DNA of 64,000 bases from Squalus acanthias (lineage: Eukaryota): assembly GCA_030390025.1 (NCBI GenBank), contig JASTWF010000109.1, positions 248,001 through 312,000 on the forward strand, written 5' to 3'. Below are positions 1 to 13,389 of this stretch, piece after piece. The position numbers and the translations under genes were made by a program. A model generated the notes under the pieces. It did no database searches. It had not been told where the DNA came from and was given only the letters and a program-made list of their open reading frames with translations. Position 1 is the first letter of the stretch, and each line of letters begins with the position of its first letter.

Positions 1-2328
1 GGAATGAAGCTGGGCAGGTAGAAGGCGTATCAGTAGGGGAGGATTTTTGGTGCTAGTGACATTAATTCAGTTAGATTTAAGGTAGTTATGGAAAAGGACA
101 TCGATAGACCAGGAATAAAAATTCGAAACAGGGCAAAAGCAAGTTTTGCTAAGCTCAGAGAGGATATCGCCACAGTGGACTGGAAACAGCTACTTGAAGG
201 TAAATCAGTGTCAGAGCAGTGAGAGGCATTCAAGGAGGAGATCCGGAGGGTCATACCAAATATGTGCCCTTAAAGAAAAAAGGTGGGAACAACATATCTA
301 GAGCCCCCTGGATGTCTCGGGACATACAGGGTAGGATGAAAAAAGAAAGGGAGGCGTATGACAGATACCAAGGGCTAAATACTGTAGAATCTTTAGAGGA
401 GTACACAAAGTGCAGGGGTGCAATTAAAAAAGGATATTAGGAAAGCAAAGCGAGAGCATTGGAAAGTTCTTGGCAAGTAAAACCGAGGAAAAGCCAAAGA
501 TGTTTTAGAAATATATTAAGGGTAAGAGGATAACTAAAGAAAATGTCGGGCCCATTAGAGATCATGAGGGTCATCTGTGTGTGGAGGCGAGAGTCGTCGG
601 TAGGGTTTTGAATGAATACTTTGCGTCTGTTTTCACAAAGGAGAGGGGCGAAGCAGGCATTGCTATCAGGGAGCATGTGTGTGAAATATTAGATGAATTA
701 ATCATAGAGAGAGAGGAGGTATTAAGTTGTTTAGCTGCTTTAAAAGTGGATAAATCCCCAGGCCCGGATAAAATGTATCCAAGGCTGTTAAGCAGGGCAA
801 AAGTGGAAATAGCAGAGGCCCTGAGCATTATTTTCCGATTCTCTCTGGCTTCAGGTGTGGTGCCGGACAACTGGACAGCTGCTAACGTGGTTTAAAAAGG
901 GGGAAAAGCAAAGACCGAGTAATTACAGTACAGTCAGCCTAACCTCGGTGGTGGGAACATTATTGGAAAGAATTCTGAAGGGGAGGATAAATCTTCATTT
1001 ATAAAGACACGCATTAATCAAGGATAATCAGCACGGATTTGTTAAGGGAAGTTCGTGTCTGACAAACTTGATTGCATTTTTTGAGCAGGTAAAAAGGATG
1101 TTCGATGAGGGTAGTTCATTTGATGTCGTGTCTACGGACTTAAGCAAGGCTTTTGATAATGTGCCACATGGCAGACTGGTCACGAAGTTAAATGCCCATG
1201 GGATCCAGGGCAAAGTGTCAAGTTGGATTCATAACTGGCTCTGTGGCAGGAAGCAGAGGGAAATGATTGATGGGTGTTTTTGTGACTGGAAGGCTGTTTC
1301 CAGTGGGGTTCTGAAGGGTTCAGTGCTAGGTCCCTTGCTTTTTGTGGTATATATCAATGATCTAGACTTGAATATAGGGGGTATGATTAAGAAGTTTGCA
1401 GATGATACTAAAATCAGCTGTGTGGTTGATCCTGAAGAAGGAAGCTGTAGACTGCAGTAAGATTTCAATAAATTGGTCAGGTGGGCAGAACAGTGGCAAA
1501 TGGAATTTAATCCGGAGAAGTGTGAGGTAATGCATTTGGAGAGGGCTAATAACGAAAGGCAATACACATTGAATGGTAGGACACTGAGTAGTGTAGAGGA
1601 ACAAAGGGACCTTGCAGTGCATGTCCACAGATCCCTGAAGCTAGCAGGCCAGGTAGATAAGAAGGTTAAGAAGGCATACGGAATGTTTGCCTTTATTAGC
1701 CGTGGCATAGAATACAAGAGCAGGGGGGTTATGCTTCAACTGTATAAAACAATAGTTGGGCCTCAGCTAGAGTACTGCGTGCAGCTCTGATCAACACATC
1801 ACCGCAAATATGTGATAGCAGTAGAGAGGGTACAGAGGAGATTTGCAAGGATGTTGCCGGGAGTAAAGAATCTTAGCTAAGAGGAAAGATTGGATTGGCT
1901 GGGCCTGTTTTCCTTGGAACAGAGGAGGCTGAGGCGAGACATTATTGAGGTGTATAAAATGATGAGGGGCCTAGATAAAGTGGACAGAATTGACTTATTT
2001 CCCTTAGCAGAGGGGTCAAAAACCAGGGGGAACAGATTTAAAGTAATTGGTGGAAGGTTTAGAGGTGATTTGAGGGGAAATTTCTTCACCGGGAGGATTG
2101 TGGGAGTCTGTAACTCACTGCCTGAAAGGTTGGGAGAGGCAGAATCCCCAACCACATATAAAAAGTACTTTGATGTGCACTTGGGATGCTGTAACCTGCA
2201 GGGCTACGGACCAAGAGCTGGGAAGTCGGATTAGGATGGATATATCTTTGTTGGCCGGCGCGGATAGGATGTGCCGAAATGGCCTCCTTCCATGCTTTAA
2301 ATTTCCATGATTCTGTGATTCTATGATT
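1..2328 (+). mobile_element. Degenerate CR1-type LINE (ORF2 late endonuclease + RT + 3' tail), 5' end outside window
   Basis: ORF fragments KSPGPD, D(L)SKAFDNVPH, GSVLGPLLF..YINDL, KFADDTK, LEQRRLR with stops/frameshifts; ends in TTCTATGA-like tail at ~2302-2328. Confidence 0.92.
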
Positions 2329-3149
2329 GGACGCCTAGTTAATGTGCTCTGAGGTTGAGGTGGAATCCACAATCTACTGATTCTGAAACCAGAATCATGT
2401 CACTTTAGCCAAGCTGCCACTAAAATGTTTCATGGACTCAGGTGAAATTTGATATCCACTATTTTAAAATATTTTTGGATAATATCGTTGTCATGAAGTG
2501 TCCGTATACTAATATCACAAATATCAACTTCAAGAGTACAATTAGAAAAGTTGTGATTCGTGTAATTTAAATAGATATAATCGTGCAATCTTATTGCACA
2601 GAAGGAACATTCCGCAATTTGCGCATGTGTCCGCTCTTTGAAGGAGATATCCAATTAGTCCCACTCTCCTGCTCTTTCTCCAACGGCCTGCAAATGTTTC
2701 CTTTACAACATATGTCCAAGTCCCTTTTGATAGTTTCTGTTGACTCTGCTTCCACCAGCCTTTCAGGCAGTGCATTCCAGATCAAATCATCTTGCTGTTT
2801 AAAAAATTATCCTCTTCTCCCTCTGATATTTAGCTAAATATATGAATCCTCTGTCCTCTGTTCACCGACACTCCTGTCAGCTACATCTGTATCTCACTAT
2901 CAGATTTATCAATTACCTTCATAAAGACAAAACTTGGAAAGGCCGGGGCATTAATGTCTGATTGCTGCCAGAGATTGATTGGTAGATTTTAGTTAGGAAA
3001 TGATATTAAAGGTAACAAAACAAAGGTGTCTTGATAGAGTTAATATAACGATCAGCCATGATGTGATTAAACAGAGGCATGGCTGAATTACCTGAGAAAG
3101 GGTATCGTGTAACTTAAAGAGCAGTTTGGTCTAGTGCATCAATATCAGC

Positions 3150-4038
3150 TAAAAGGTCGAGTGCAACAGAAACTGACCTTGTCTGGTGCAATAACAAACG
3201 AGACAGTGCCTAGTGTAACATAAACAGACAATGCAGAGTGTAATATAAACAGAGGCAGAGTTTAGTGTAATAGAAATAGAGATATTGTCTGGTATATTAA
3301 CAACTGAGATAGGGCCTAATGTAATATAAACAGAGACAGGATCTATAGTAAAATAAACAGAGACAGGGTCTTGTGTAATATAAAGAGAGACAGACATAGT
3401 GTAATAGAAACAGAGACAGGGTCAATTGTAATTTAAACAGAGACAGGGACTTGTGTAATATAAACAGAGATAGGGTCCAGTGTAATATAAACAGAGACAG
3501 GTCTAGAGCAATATAAACAGAGACAGGGTCTAGTGTAATATAAACAGAGACAGGGTCTAGTGTAATATAAAGAGAGACGGGGTCTAGTGTATTATAAACA
3601 GAGACAGGGACTAGTGCAAAATAAACAGCGACAGGGCCTATTGTAATTTAAACAGAGACAGGATCTAGTGTAATATAAGCAGAGACATGGTCGAGTGTAA
3701 TATAAACAGAGACATGGTCTAGTTTAATGATAACAGCAATAGGGCAGATTGTAATATAAACAGAGACAGCGCCCAGGGTAATATAAACAGAGACAGAGTC
3801 TATTGTAAAGTAAACAAAGACAGGGTCTAGTGTAATATAAACAGCGACATGGTGTAGTGTAATATGTAGAGAGACAGGGTCTAGTGTAATATAAACGCAG
3901 ACAGTATCTAGTGCAATATAAACAGAGACCGGATCTAGTGTAATACAAATAGAGACAGTGTCTAGTGTAATATAATCAGAGACAGGGTCTAGTTTAATAT
4001 AAACAGAGACAGGGTCTAGTGTAATATAAACAGAGACA
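3150..4038. repeat. 27-bp minisatellite (GTGTAATATAAACAGAGACAGGGTCTA)n
   Basis: Direct tandem periodicity; spurious ORF shows 9-aa VSVYITLDP repeat. Confidence 0.92.
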
Positions 4039-4139
4039 ACTCGCTGATAGCGCAAAAAAATGGAGGGTTGCCCCTCAACAAACTTGGATCAAAGACCTCG
4101 CGGGGTCGGCGGGGGGGGCGGGGGGCAGTGATTGGGTGT

Positions 4140-7100
4140 TGCTGGTGCTGTAGGGGAGGGTTTAACCTAGCTTGGCAGGGGGGTGGGAATCTGAGAGTAT
4201 TTTAAGATGGGCAAGAAGCAAACTTGGAAATGGAAGGCAGAAAATTAGTAAGCGAGGTTGGAGGGCAGAGGAAAGAAAGACTATTAAATGGACAACAAAT
4301 AAGTTTGGCAGTGCTAAATGCCATATTTGTCAAAGCAAAGAGTCTAGGGATTAAAGCAGATGATCTGAGCGCACATACAGACACGTGAGAGTATCATATT
4401 ATAGCTGTTACTGAGACATGGCTGAAAGAAGGACAGGAATGGCAACTCAACATTCCTGGTTACAGGGATTCAGATGAGATAGAGGGGGGATAAAAAAGAG
4501 GCGGGGTCGCAATATTGAAAAAAGAATCAATTACAGCTGTGAGGAGGGACGATATCTTAGAAGGATTATCAAATGCGGCCATATGGGTTGAACTGATATA
4601 AAAAAAAAAGAGGCAATCGCATTGCTGGTCAGAGGGTGTTAGAAGAGCAAATATGTCGGAAAATTTCTGAGAAGTGCAGAAATAGGACAGTAACAGGAGG
4701 GGATTTCAAGTCTCCTAATAATAACTGCGATAAAATTAGTTTGAAAGTTATAGAGGGAGCAGAATTCTTAAAATTAATTCAGGAGATCATGTTGTAGCCA
4801 GTACGTAGCAAGCCCAACAAGAGAGGGGGCGGTTTTGGATCTAGTTTTAGGGAATGAAGCTGGACAGGTGGAAAGGGTATCAGTGGGAGTGCATATTGCT
4901 GGTAGTGATCATAACTCAGTTAGACTTAGGGCAGTTTATGAAAAGGACAAGGACAGACCAGGAATTAATGTTCTCAATTGGGGAAAAGCTAATTTTACTA
5001 AGCTGAGAGGTGATTTAGCCAAGGTGGACTGGAGACAGAAATCTGAAGGTAAACCAGTGTCAGAGCAATGGGAGGCATTCAAGGAGGAGATAGTGCGGGT
5101 TCAGAGCAAGTATGATCCCTTAAAGAAAAAGGGTGGGACTCACAAATCTAGACCTCCCTGGATGTCATGGGGCCTACAGGGTAGGATAAAGATAAAAAAG
5201 TGAAGATGATGACAGATCTCGAGGACTCAACACTGCAGAAAGCCGAGAGGAGAATAGAAAGAGCAGCGGTGACGTTCAATAGGAAATTAGGAAAGCAAAG
5301 AGAGGGCATGAAACAATAATGGCAAGTAAAATCAAGGAAAATCCAAAGATGTTTTATAAATACATTAAGAGCAAGAGGATAACTAAACTAAGTGTAGGGC
5401 CTATTAGGGACCATGACGATAAACTGTGTGTGGAAGGGGAAGACATGGATATGGTTCTTAATGAATACTTTGCGTCTGTTTTCACAAAAGAGACGGACGA
5501 TGCAGACATTGCAATCAAGGGGGAGGAGTGTGAAATATTAGATGAAATAAACAGAGTGAAAGAGGAATTATTAAGGGGTTTAGCCTCTTTGAAAGTGGAT
5601 AAATCTCGAGGCCCGAATTATAAGCATCCCAGACTGTTAAGAGAAGTAAGGGAGGAAATACCAAAGGCTCTGATAATCATTTTCCAATCCTGTCTAGTTA
5701 CAGGTGTGGTGCCGGAGGACTGGAGGACTGCTGATGTGTTACCGTTGTTCAAAAAGGGAGAAAAGGAAAGACCGATTAATTATAGGCCAGCCTGCCTAAC
5801 TTCTGTGGTGGGAACATTTTGAGAAATATTCAGAAGGACGGGATAAATCATCATTTTGAAGTACACGGATTAATTAGGGATAGTCAGCATGGATTTAAAA
5901 GGGAAGGTCGTTTCTGACTAAATTGATTGCATTTTTGAGGAGGTAACAAGGAGGTTCGATGAGGGTAGAGCATTTCATGCAGGTTAGATTGATTTTAGCA
6001 AGGCTTTTAATAAGGTCCCGCATGGTAGATTGGTCAGGAAAGTAAAAGCCCAAGGGATCCAAGGCAAAGTGGCAAGTTGGTTCCAAAATTGGCGCAGAGG
6101 TAGGAAACAAAGGGTAATGGTAGAAGTGTGTTTTTGTGAATGGAAGACTGTTTCCAGTGGGGTCCTGCAGGGGCCAGTGTTGGGCCCTTTGCTTTTTTGT
6201 CGTATATATGAATGATTTGAACTTGAATGTAGGAAGTATGATTACGAATTTTGCAGATGATACAAAATTTAGTCGTGTGGTTGATAATAAAGAAGAAAGC
6301 TGTAGACTGCAGGACGATATCATATCAATGGATTGGTCAGGTGGGCAGAACAGTGGCAAATGGAATTCAATCTGGAGAAGTGTGAGATAATACTTTTGGG
6401 GAGGGCTAACAAGGCAAGGGAATACACTATAAATGGTAGGACACTGAGAAGTGCAGCAGATCAGAGGGACCTAGGAGTGCTTGTCCACAGATCCCGGAAG
6501 GTAGCAGGAAAGGTAGATAAGGTGGTTAAGAAGGCATACGGGATACTTGCCTTTATTCGGTGAGGCATAGAATATAAGAGCAGGCAGGTTATGCTTCAAC
6601 TGTTTAACATACTAGTTAGGCCGCAGCTAGAATACTGCGTGCAGTTCTGGTCACCTCATTACAAGAAGGATGTGATTGCACTAGAGTGGGTGCAGATGAG
6701 ATTTACGAGGATTTTGCCCAAGCTGGGGAATAATTAGCTATGAGGAAAGATTCGAGAGGATGGGGTTGTTTTCTTTGGATCAGTGGAGGCTGATGTGAGA
6801 TCCAATTGAGGTGTAAAATATTATGAGAGGCCTAGATAGAGTGGATACGAAACAGCTATTTCCCTTAGCAGAAGTGTCAATAAACAGGCGACATAGATTT
6901 AAAGTAATTGGTCGGTGGTTTAGAGTGGATTTGAGGAGAATTCTTTTCAACCCAGCGGGTGGTGGAGTCTGGAACTCAGTACCTGAAAGGGTGGTCGAGG
7001 CAGAGACCCTCAACACTTTTAAAAATACTTCGATATGAACTTGAAGTGACGTAACCTACAAGGCTACGGACCAAGTGCTGGAAAGTGGGATTAGGGTGAA

Positions 7101-7177
7101 TAGCTCTTTGTCGGCCGGCATGGACAAGATGGAACGAATGGCCTCGTTCTGTGCTTTAAATTTCTATGATTCTATGA
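4140..7177 (+). mobile_element. Degenerate CR1-type LINE with near-complete ORF2 (APE + RT)
   Basis: APE motifs VTETWL, GDF, SDHN; RT motifs PEDWRTA, FADDTK; TTCTATGA tail at ~7162-7177; many disablements. Confidence 0.92.
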
Positions 7178-7471
7178 TAAACCTGTATCCAGCGATGTCC
7201 ACTGGCGCAGAAGGCTCAAAGTACCCGCGGACACCATGTGTTCCCTCCTCTCATCTGCTCAAATACTGTCTGAAAGCTGCAGACACTTTGTGTGTATAAC
7301 TGAAAAATGGAGAGAGTCGGTGTGGAGAAAAGAAAAAGGTCGAGGGAGTGTCTGTGTGTCTGATGGGCTTCAGGCTCTGGGAATCATTGCCAGCGTTGCG
7401 CTCCCTGATGTGTACCGTGTTGTACCCGCCCTGGGACTGTATGATTGGACAGTGTAGATGGTGATATAGAG

Positions 7472-10460
7472 TTATACAGCACAGAAAGAGGCCCTTCGGC
7501 CCATCGTGTCCGCGCTGGCCATCAAGCCCTGTCTATTCGAATCCCATTTTCCAGCACCTGGTCCGTAGCCTTGTATGCTATGGCGTTTCAAGTGCTCATC
7601 TAAATGCTTCTTGAATGTTGTGAGGATTCCTGCCTCTGCCACACTTTCAGGCAGTGAGTTCCAGATTCCAACCAACCTCTGGGTGATTTTTTTTCCCTCA
7701 AAACCCCTCTCAACCTCCTGCCCCTTACCTTGAAACTGTGCCCCCTGGTTATTGACCCCTCTACTAAGGGGAAAAGTTTATTTCCATCTACCCTATCTAT
7801 GCCCCTCATAATTTTATACACCTCAATCAGGTCCCCCCTCAGCATTCTCTACTCTAAGGACAACAACCCCAGCCTTTCCAATCTCTCTTCATAGATGAAG
7901 CGCTCCTGCCCAGGTAACATCCCTGGTGAATCTCCTCTGCACCCTCTCCAATGCAATCACATCCTTCCTATAGTGTGGCGACCGGAACTGCACACTGTAT
8001 TCCAGCTGTGGCCTAACTAGCTTATTGTACATCTCTATCTTAACCTCCTTGCTCTTATATTCTATGCCTCGGCTAAAGAGTGAAAGTAACCAATATGCCT
8101 TTTTAACCACCTTCTCTTCCTGTCCTGCTGCCTTCAGGGATCTATGTACATGCACACCAAGGTCCATCTGATCCTCTGTCCTTCCTAGGATCCTTCTATT
8201 CATTGTGTATTCCCTTGCCATGTTTGTCCTCGCAAAATGCATCACCTCACACTTTTCAGGGTTGAATACCATTTGCCAGTGTTCTGCCCATCTGACCAAC
8301 CCGTCTATATCGTCCTGTAGCCTGCGGCTTCCGTCCTCGCTATTTAGCACTTCACCAGTTTTCGTGTCATCTGCGAACTTACTGAAAATACCTTCTACAT
8401 TCATATATAAATAATTAATGTCCACTACAAACAGCAAATGACCCAGCAGCGATCCCTGCAGTGCACCACTAGCCTCAGGCTTCCAGTCACAAAAACAACC
8501 TTCGACCATCACCCTCTGCCTCCTTCCACTAAGCCAATTTTGAATCCAATGTGCCAAATTGCCCTGGATCCCATGGGCTCTCACCTTCATGACCATTCTT
8601 CTAGATGGGATTTTGTCAAAAGCCTTACTGAAGTCCCTGTAGACTATATCAACTGCACTACCCTCATCCCCACACCTAGTCACCCCCTCGAAAAGTTCAA
8701 TCAAATTGTTCAAACATGATCTCACCCTGACAAAGCAATGCTGACTAGCCCTGATTAATCCCTGCCTCTCCAAGTGGAGACTAATTCTGTCCCTCAGATT
8801 TTTTTCAAATAATATGCCTAACACTGATGTTAGGCTCACTGGCCTGTAACTCTTTGGTTTATCCCTACTACCCTTCTTGAATAATGGTACTACGTTAGCT
8901 GTTCTCCAGTCCTCTGGCACATCCCCTGTGCCCAAAGAGGTTCTGAAAATGTATGTCAGAGCCCCTGCAATCTCCTCCCTTGCCTCACAGAGCAGCCTGG
9001 GATACATCCCGTCAGGGCATGGGAATTTATCCACTTTTTAGCCCGCTAAAACCCCCAGTACTTTCTCCCTCTCAATACTAAGTTGTTCAGGTATATCACA
9101 ATCCCCCCTGCCTGATTTCGAAGCCTGCATCGTCCTTCTCCATAGTGAACACAGATGCAAAATATCCATTTAAAACCTCACCTACATCTTCCGGCTCTAC
9201 ACACAGATTGCCACTTTGGCCCCTAATGGGCCCTACTCTTTCCCTGGTTATCCTCTTGCCCTTAATGTACTTATAAAACAGCTTGGGATTTTCCTTTATT
9301 TTGCCCGCCAGTGTTTTTTCAAGCCCCCTCTTCGCTATTCTAATTTATTTTTTAATTACGTCCCTGCACTTTCTATACTCCTCTAGGGCTTCCACTGTTT
9401 CTAGTCCTATGTATCTCCCAAAAGCCTCCCTTTTTTTCCTAATCCTTTCTTTTATATCCCTAGACATCCAGGCTTCACTGGGCTTGTTGGTCCCACCCTT
9501 TACCTTGACGGGAACATGTTGGTGTTGTACTCTCTCTATTTCCTTTATGGAAGACTCCCATTGCTCTGATGTGGATTTTCCTACAATTAGCTGGTCCCAG
9601 TCCATTTTGGCCAGATCATGCCTTATCCTATTAAAATCGGCCTTCCCCCAGTTTAGAAACTTTATTTCCGGTCCAGCTTTGTCCTTTTCCATGACTACCT
9701 TAAATCTCGACGAATTATGGTCACTGTCACCAAAATGGTCTCCTACTGACACATGTACCACTTGCCCGGCTACATTCCCTAGAATTTGGTCTAGTACCGC
9801 CCCTTCACTTGTCGAACTGTCTACATGCTGGCACAAAAGGCTCTCCTGGATGCACTTTAAGAATTCCGCACCCTCTGAGCCTTTCACACTCCGACTATCC
9901 CAGTTAATATTGGGGAAGTTGAAATCCCCTACTATTATTACCCTATTATTTCTACACTACTTTGAAATTTGCCTACGTATCTGCTCCTCTATCGCCCTCT
10001 GACTGTTTGGGGGCCTATAGTACACTCCCAGCAAAGTGCTTGCCAGCTTTTTGATTTTAAATTCTACCCATATGGCCTCATTCGAGGGACCTGGTAAGAT
10101 ATCATCCCTCCTTAAAGCAATAATTGACTCCTTGAATAATATATCGATACCCCCTCCTCTTTTACACCAGAATCTGTCTCGCCTGAGGATTCTATACCCC
10201 GGAATATTGAGCTGTCAGTCCTGCCCCTCTCTCAACCATGTCTCTGTGATAGCAACAATATCAAACTCCCATGTTTTCATCAACACCTTCAATTCATCTG
10301 CCTTACTCGCAAGACTCCTTGCATTAAAATAAATGCCATCTAGCCATGCAATATTCCTTTGTGCCGTTGCATATTTGCTCTGCCTTCCACACTGACTAGT
10401 TTTTTCCGATATAGTTAGCTGTCCATCAACCCCTACTATAGCTCCACTACGTATCCCATC
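7472..10460 (-). mobile_element. Degenerate CR1-type LINE with near-complete ORF2
   Basis: Minus ORFs 7889-9034 (DFSKAFDK, FADDTK) and 9345-9887 (GDSDHN); ORF2 N-terminal GIYFNARSL..KADEL at ~10290-10340. Confidence 0.93.
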
Positions 10461-10464
10461 CCCT

Positions 10465-11280
10465 ACTCTGTATCTGATCAGTGCTGTACCTGCCCAGGGA
10501 GTGTTAGATGGGACAGTGTAGAATGAGCATTACTCTGTGTCTGACCAGTGCTGTACCTGCCCTGGGAGTGTTTGATGGGACAGTGTAGAATGAGCATTAT
10601 TCTGTATCTGACCAGTGTTGTTCCTTCCCTGGGAAAGTTTAATGGAAGAGTATAGAGCCAGCTTTACTCTGTATCAAAACCGTGCTTTACTTGCCCTTGG
10701 AGTGTTTGATGGGACAGTGTGGAATGAGCATTAGTCTGTATCTGACCATTGTTGTTCCTTCCCTGGGAAAGTTTAATGGAACAGTATAGAGGCAGCTTTA
10801 CTCTGTATCTCACCCGTGCTGTACCTGCCCTTGGATTGTTTGATGGGACAGTGTAGAGGCAGTTTTACTCTGTATCAAAACCGTGCTGCAACTGCCCTGG
10901 GAGTGTTTGGTGGGAGAGTGTAGATGGAGCTTTACTCTGTATGTAACCCGTGCTGTACCTGCCCTGGGAGTGTTTGATGAGACAGTGTAGAGGGAGGTTT
11001 GCTCGGTATCTAAACCATTCTGTACCTACCCTGGGACTGTTTGATGGGAGAGTGCAGCGGGAGATTTACTCTGTATCTGACCGGTGCTGTACCTTCCCTG
11101 GGATTGTTTGATGGATCAGTGTAGAGGGAGATTTACTCTGTATCTAACCCGTGCTGTACCTGCACTGGGACTGTTTAATGGATCAGTGTCGAGGGAGCTT
11201 TACTCTGCATGACACTCGTTGTGCATCTGCCCTGGGAGTGTTAGATGGGGAGTGCAAAGGGAGATTTACCCTGCCATGTA
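10465..11280 (-). repeat. 67-bp satellite array, reverse orientation to the arrays at 45.7-64 kb
   Basis: Tandem CTTTACTCTGTATCTAACCCGTGCTGTACCTGCCCTGGGAGTGTTTGATGGGACAGTGTAGAGGGAG units. Confidence 0.9.
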
Positions 11281-11456
11281 CTGCACTGAATCAAGTTGTG
11301 ATAGAGCACAGCCCTGCTCTTTAATAGAACCTGACATGTGACTCTTACAGACCATAATATCAGAGGAGACTGCATGGTGCGGCTGGTCGCTGTGCAGTCT
11401 TTCCACCTAGTCAGCCTGACATAAAAAGGCCTGGGTAAAGGTGTATTTTCTCTGAT

Positions 11457-11476
11457 GGGACACTAGGTGGCGCAGC
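11457..11476 (+). promoter_or_regulatory. Candidate CTCF site 3' of the IgM cluster
   Basis: GGGACACTAGGTGGCGCAGC resembles the CTCF core CCAC/GYAGRKGGCRC; overlaps a Pol III A-box-like TGGCGCAGCGG. Confidence 0.45.
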
Positions 11477-11640
11477 GGCTTCTTAACCGACGGGACTTGA
11501 GTTCAATCACAACTCCAGTGCGGGTGAAAAATACCTGTCGGGAAAATAAAGAAAGTGTGATAGGGAAAATGGAGCGGTGTGTTGGAGCCTCGCAGAAAGG
11601 AAATCAGCAAAGTCTAAGTTAGTCAATTTGTCATTCCAGA

Positions 11641-11646
11641 TTTATT
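11641..11646 (-). terminator. Candidate polyA signal of membrane-form mRNA
   Basis: AATAAA on the minus strand ~450 nt after the TM2 stop. Confidence 0.6.
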
Positions 11647-12095
11647 AACAATTTCACAGAGTAGGATTTACAGAGAATCATTTAAAAAGGTAACACAAAG
11701 TGAATATAATAACTGAGCGTCACATTGAGAACTGAACACAGTCGGTCTGAGCTGCCAGCTATCTGTACATCTGTTACTGACACCAGAGAGAAAAAACAGG
11801 GGCTCCACATAAAGGGAAGGGAACAATTGTGAATTAGGATTGAGAAAAAATGACTTACTTACTCAAGACACATTCAAACAACTCGAAGATACATTTACAT
11901 TAAAGTCACGATTACCTCACACATTTCAAATAGAAAGACGGAAATCAAGGGCATATTTTTCTCAGCTATAGATTCCGATCTTCTAACTGAAGGCATTTTA
12001 CTTTGAGAATCACCAAGAGGACATATTTCATTTTCAGAACACAGCGATGTAAATAAAAAGATGAGGAAAATCCACGGTGTCTTAAATTCAGCGCA

Positions 12096-12104
12096 TCACT
12101 TGAC
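12096..12104 (-). CDS. IGHM: IgM TM2 exon (VK-stop)
   Basis: Pyrimidine tract ...cttttaaag|GTC AAG TGA; completes the KVK cytoplasmic tail. Confidence 0.9.
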   Translation of the reverse strand, partial: VK

Positions 12105-12244
12105 CTTTAAAAGAGGGTTAAAAGAATGAAGCAGAGTTTTAGTTGTCTGGGACATTTATCTCAGGATTTTTATTAATGAAACTTTCAGAGATTTGTCAAA
12201 CCGCTTCAGTCATGTCGAGATGTGAGTGGATTGAATCTTCTCAC

Positions 12245-12372
12245 CTTCACCAGAGTGACGGCAGCGCTGTAGAAAATGCTCAGGAAGAACAGGATGATGA
12301 ATGTGGAAGCGGTTGTCCAGATGTTGCCGCTCTCGTTCTCATAGTCTTCAATCCAGATGTGGTCTGAGGAAT
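12245..12372 (-). CDS. IGHM: IgM TM1 exon
   Basis: ccccgtag|(D)SSDHIWIEDYENESGNIWTTASTFIILFFLSIFYSAAVTLVK|gtgaga; Ig membrane CART motif; phase-1 acceptor; absent from the ORF track. Confidence 0.95.
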
Positions 12373-13389
12373 CTACGGGGATGCAGAGGAGGCAATAAAT
12401 TCAGATCGTTTATTAATCCAGGATATCATATTCTTATTATAAACTCTCTCTTCCTTTCCTTCATGTAATAGATTGTTCTCTAATTTAATTTCCAATGAAT
12501 ATCTTGTGTTAAGTTAATCACTCTCAGCAATCAATCTCTGTTCCTAACTCAACAGCCGCTCTTCCGTAATGATCCTCAGAGAGACCGTGTTGGAAAATAT
12601 GATATTTTTTCTTCCCTGCCAGAAGCTAAATGATTTTGCATCAATTTCATACGATCTATCGTTCGGGAGAAATATGATGAAATATCGAGGCAGGTATATT
12701 GATTGATATCGATTATTTTAACGATAGGTTTACATAGGTATTTATTTGCAGACTATCAAGGGGGCTGGGTAAGCGATTAGAGGTTAGCCAATAGCTGGTT
12801 TATTTATATGTGATGGCAATGCTCTGATCATAATTAAATGTTATCAGTTTCCAACTATTAACCTTGATTCAGTGCATGTGTCGAATCAGAATAGAGAAAT
12901 GTGAGATGTCATGTCATCAGGAATTATTTATTCAGGACAATCGTTGGAGACTGTGTCCCTTCAAAAAGTGCATTTTAATTCTAAATTCGTCTATAGCCTG
13001 ACATATTTGCGCTTTAGTATTTGCAAATGTGTGTATGTGTGTATGTGTGTATGACTGGCTCTTGTATTGCTTTAGTTTGTGATTATGTGATACTGTGTGT
13101 TTATCTGTAAGTGTTTATGTGTTGAAGTGTAAGTGTCTGTGTGGGTTATTTTGGAAGTGTATGTGGTTATGTGTAATTCAATGTAACTGTGTTCATGTGT
13201 AAGTGTGCGTCTATATTTGTAAGTTTGTGTATATTTATGTTAAAGTACGGGTGTGTTTCTGTGTAAATTCGATCATGTGTACATTTATCTGCAATTGAGT
13301 GCATGTGTGTGTTTATGTGCAATTGTTTGTGTAAGTTTAGTTTAAGCGTGTGTCTGCTTATGTGTAATTATGTGATTTGTTGCATGTAA

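Noticed and set aside
7889-9034. Active or domesticated reverse transcriptase gene
   Set aside because: Longest surviving piece of a CR1 ORF2 with flanking frameshifts and stops
4140-10460. Tail-to-tail CR1 pair as a functional dsRNA hairpin
   Set aside because: The two copies are substantially diverged and lie beyond the candidate TM polyA signal; no evidence of co-transcription
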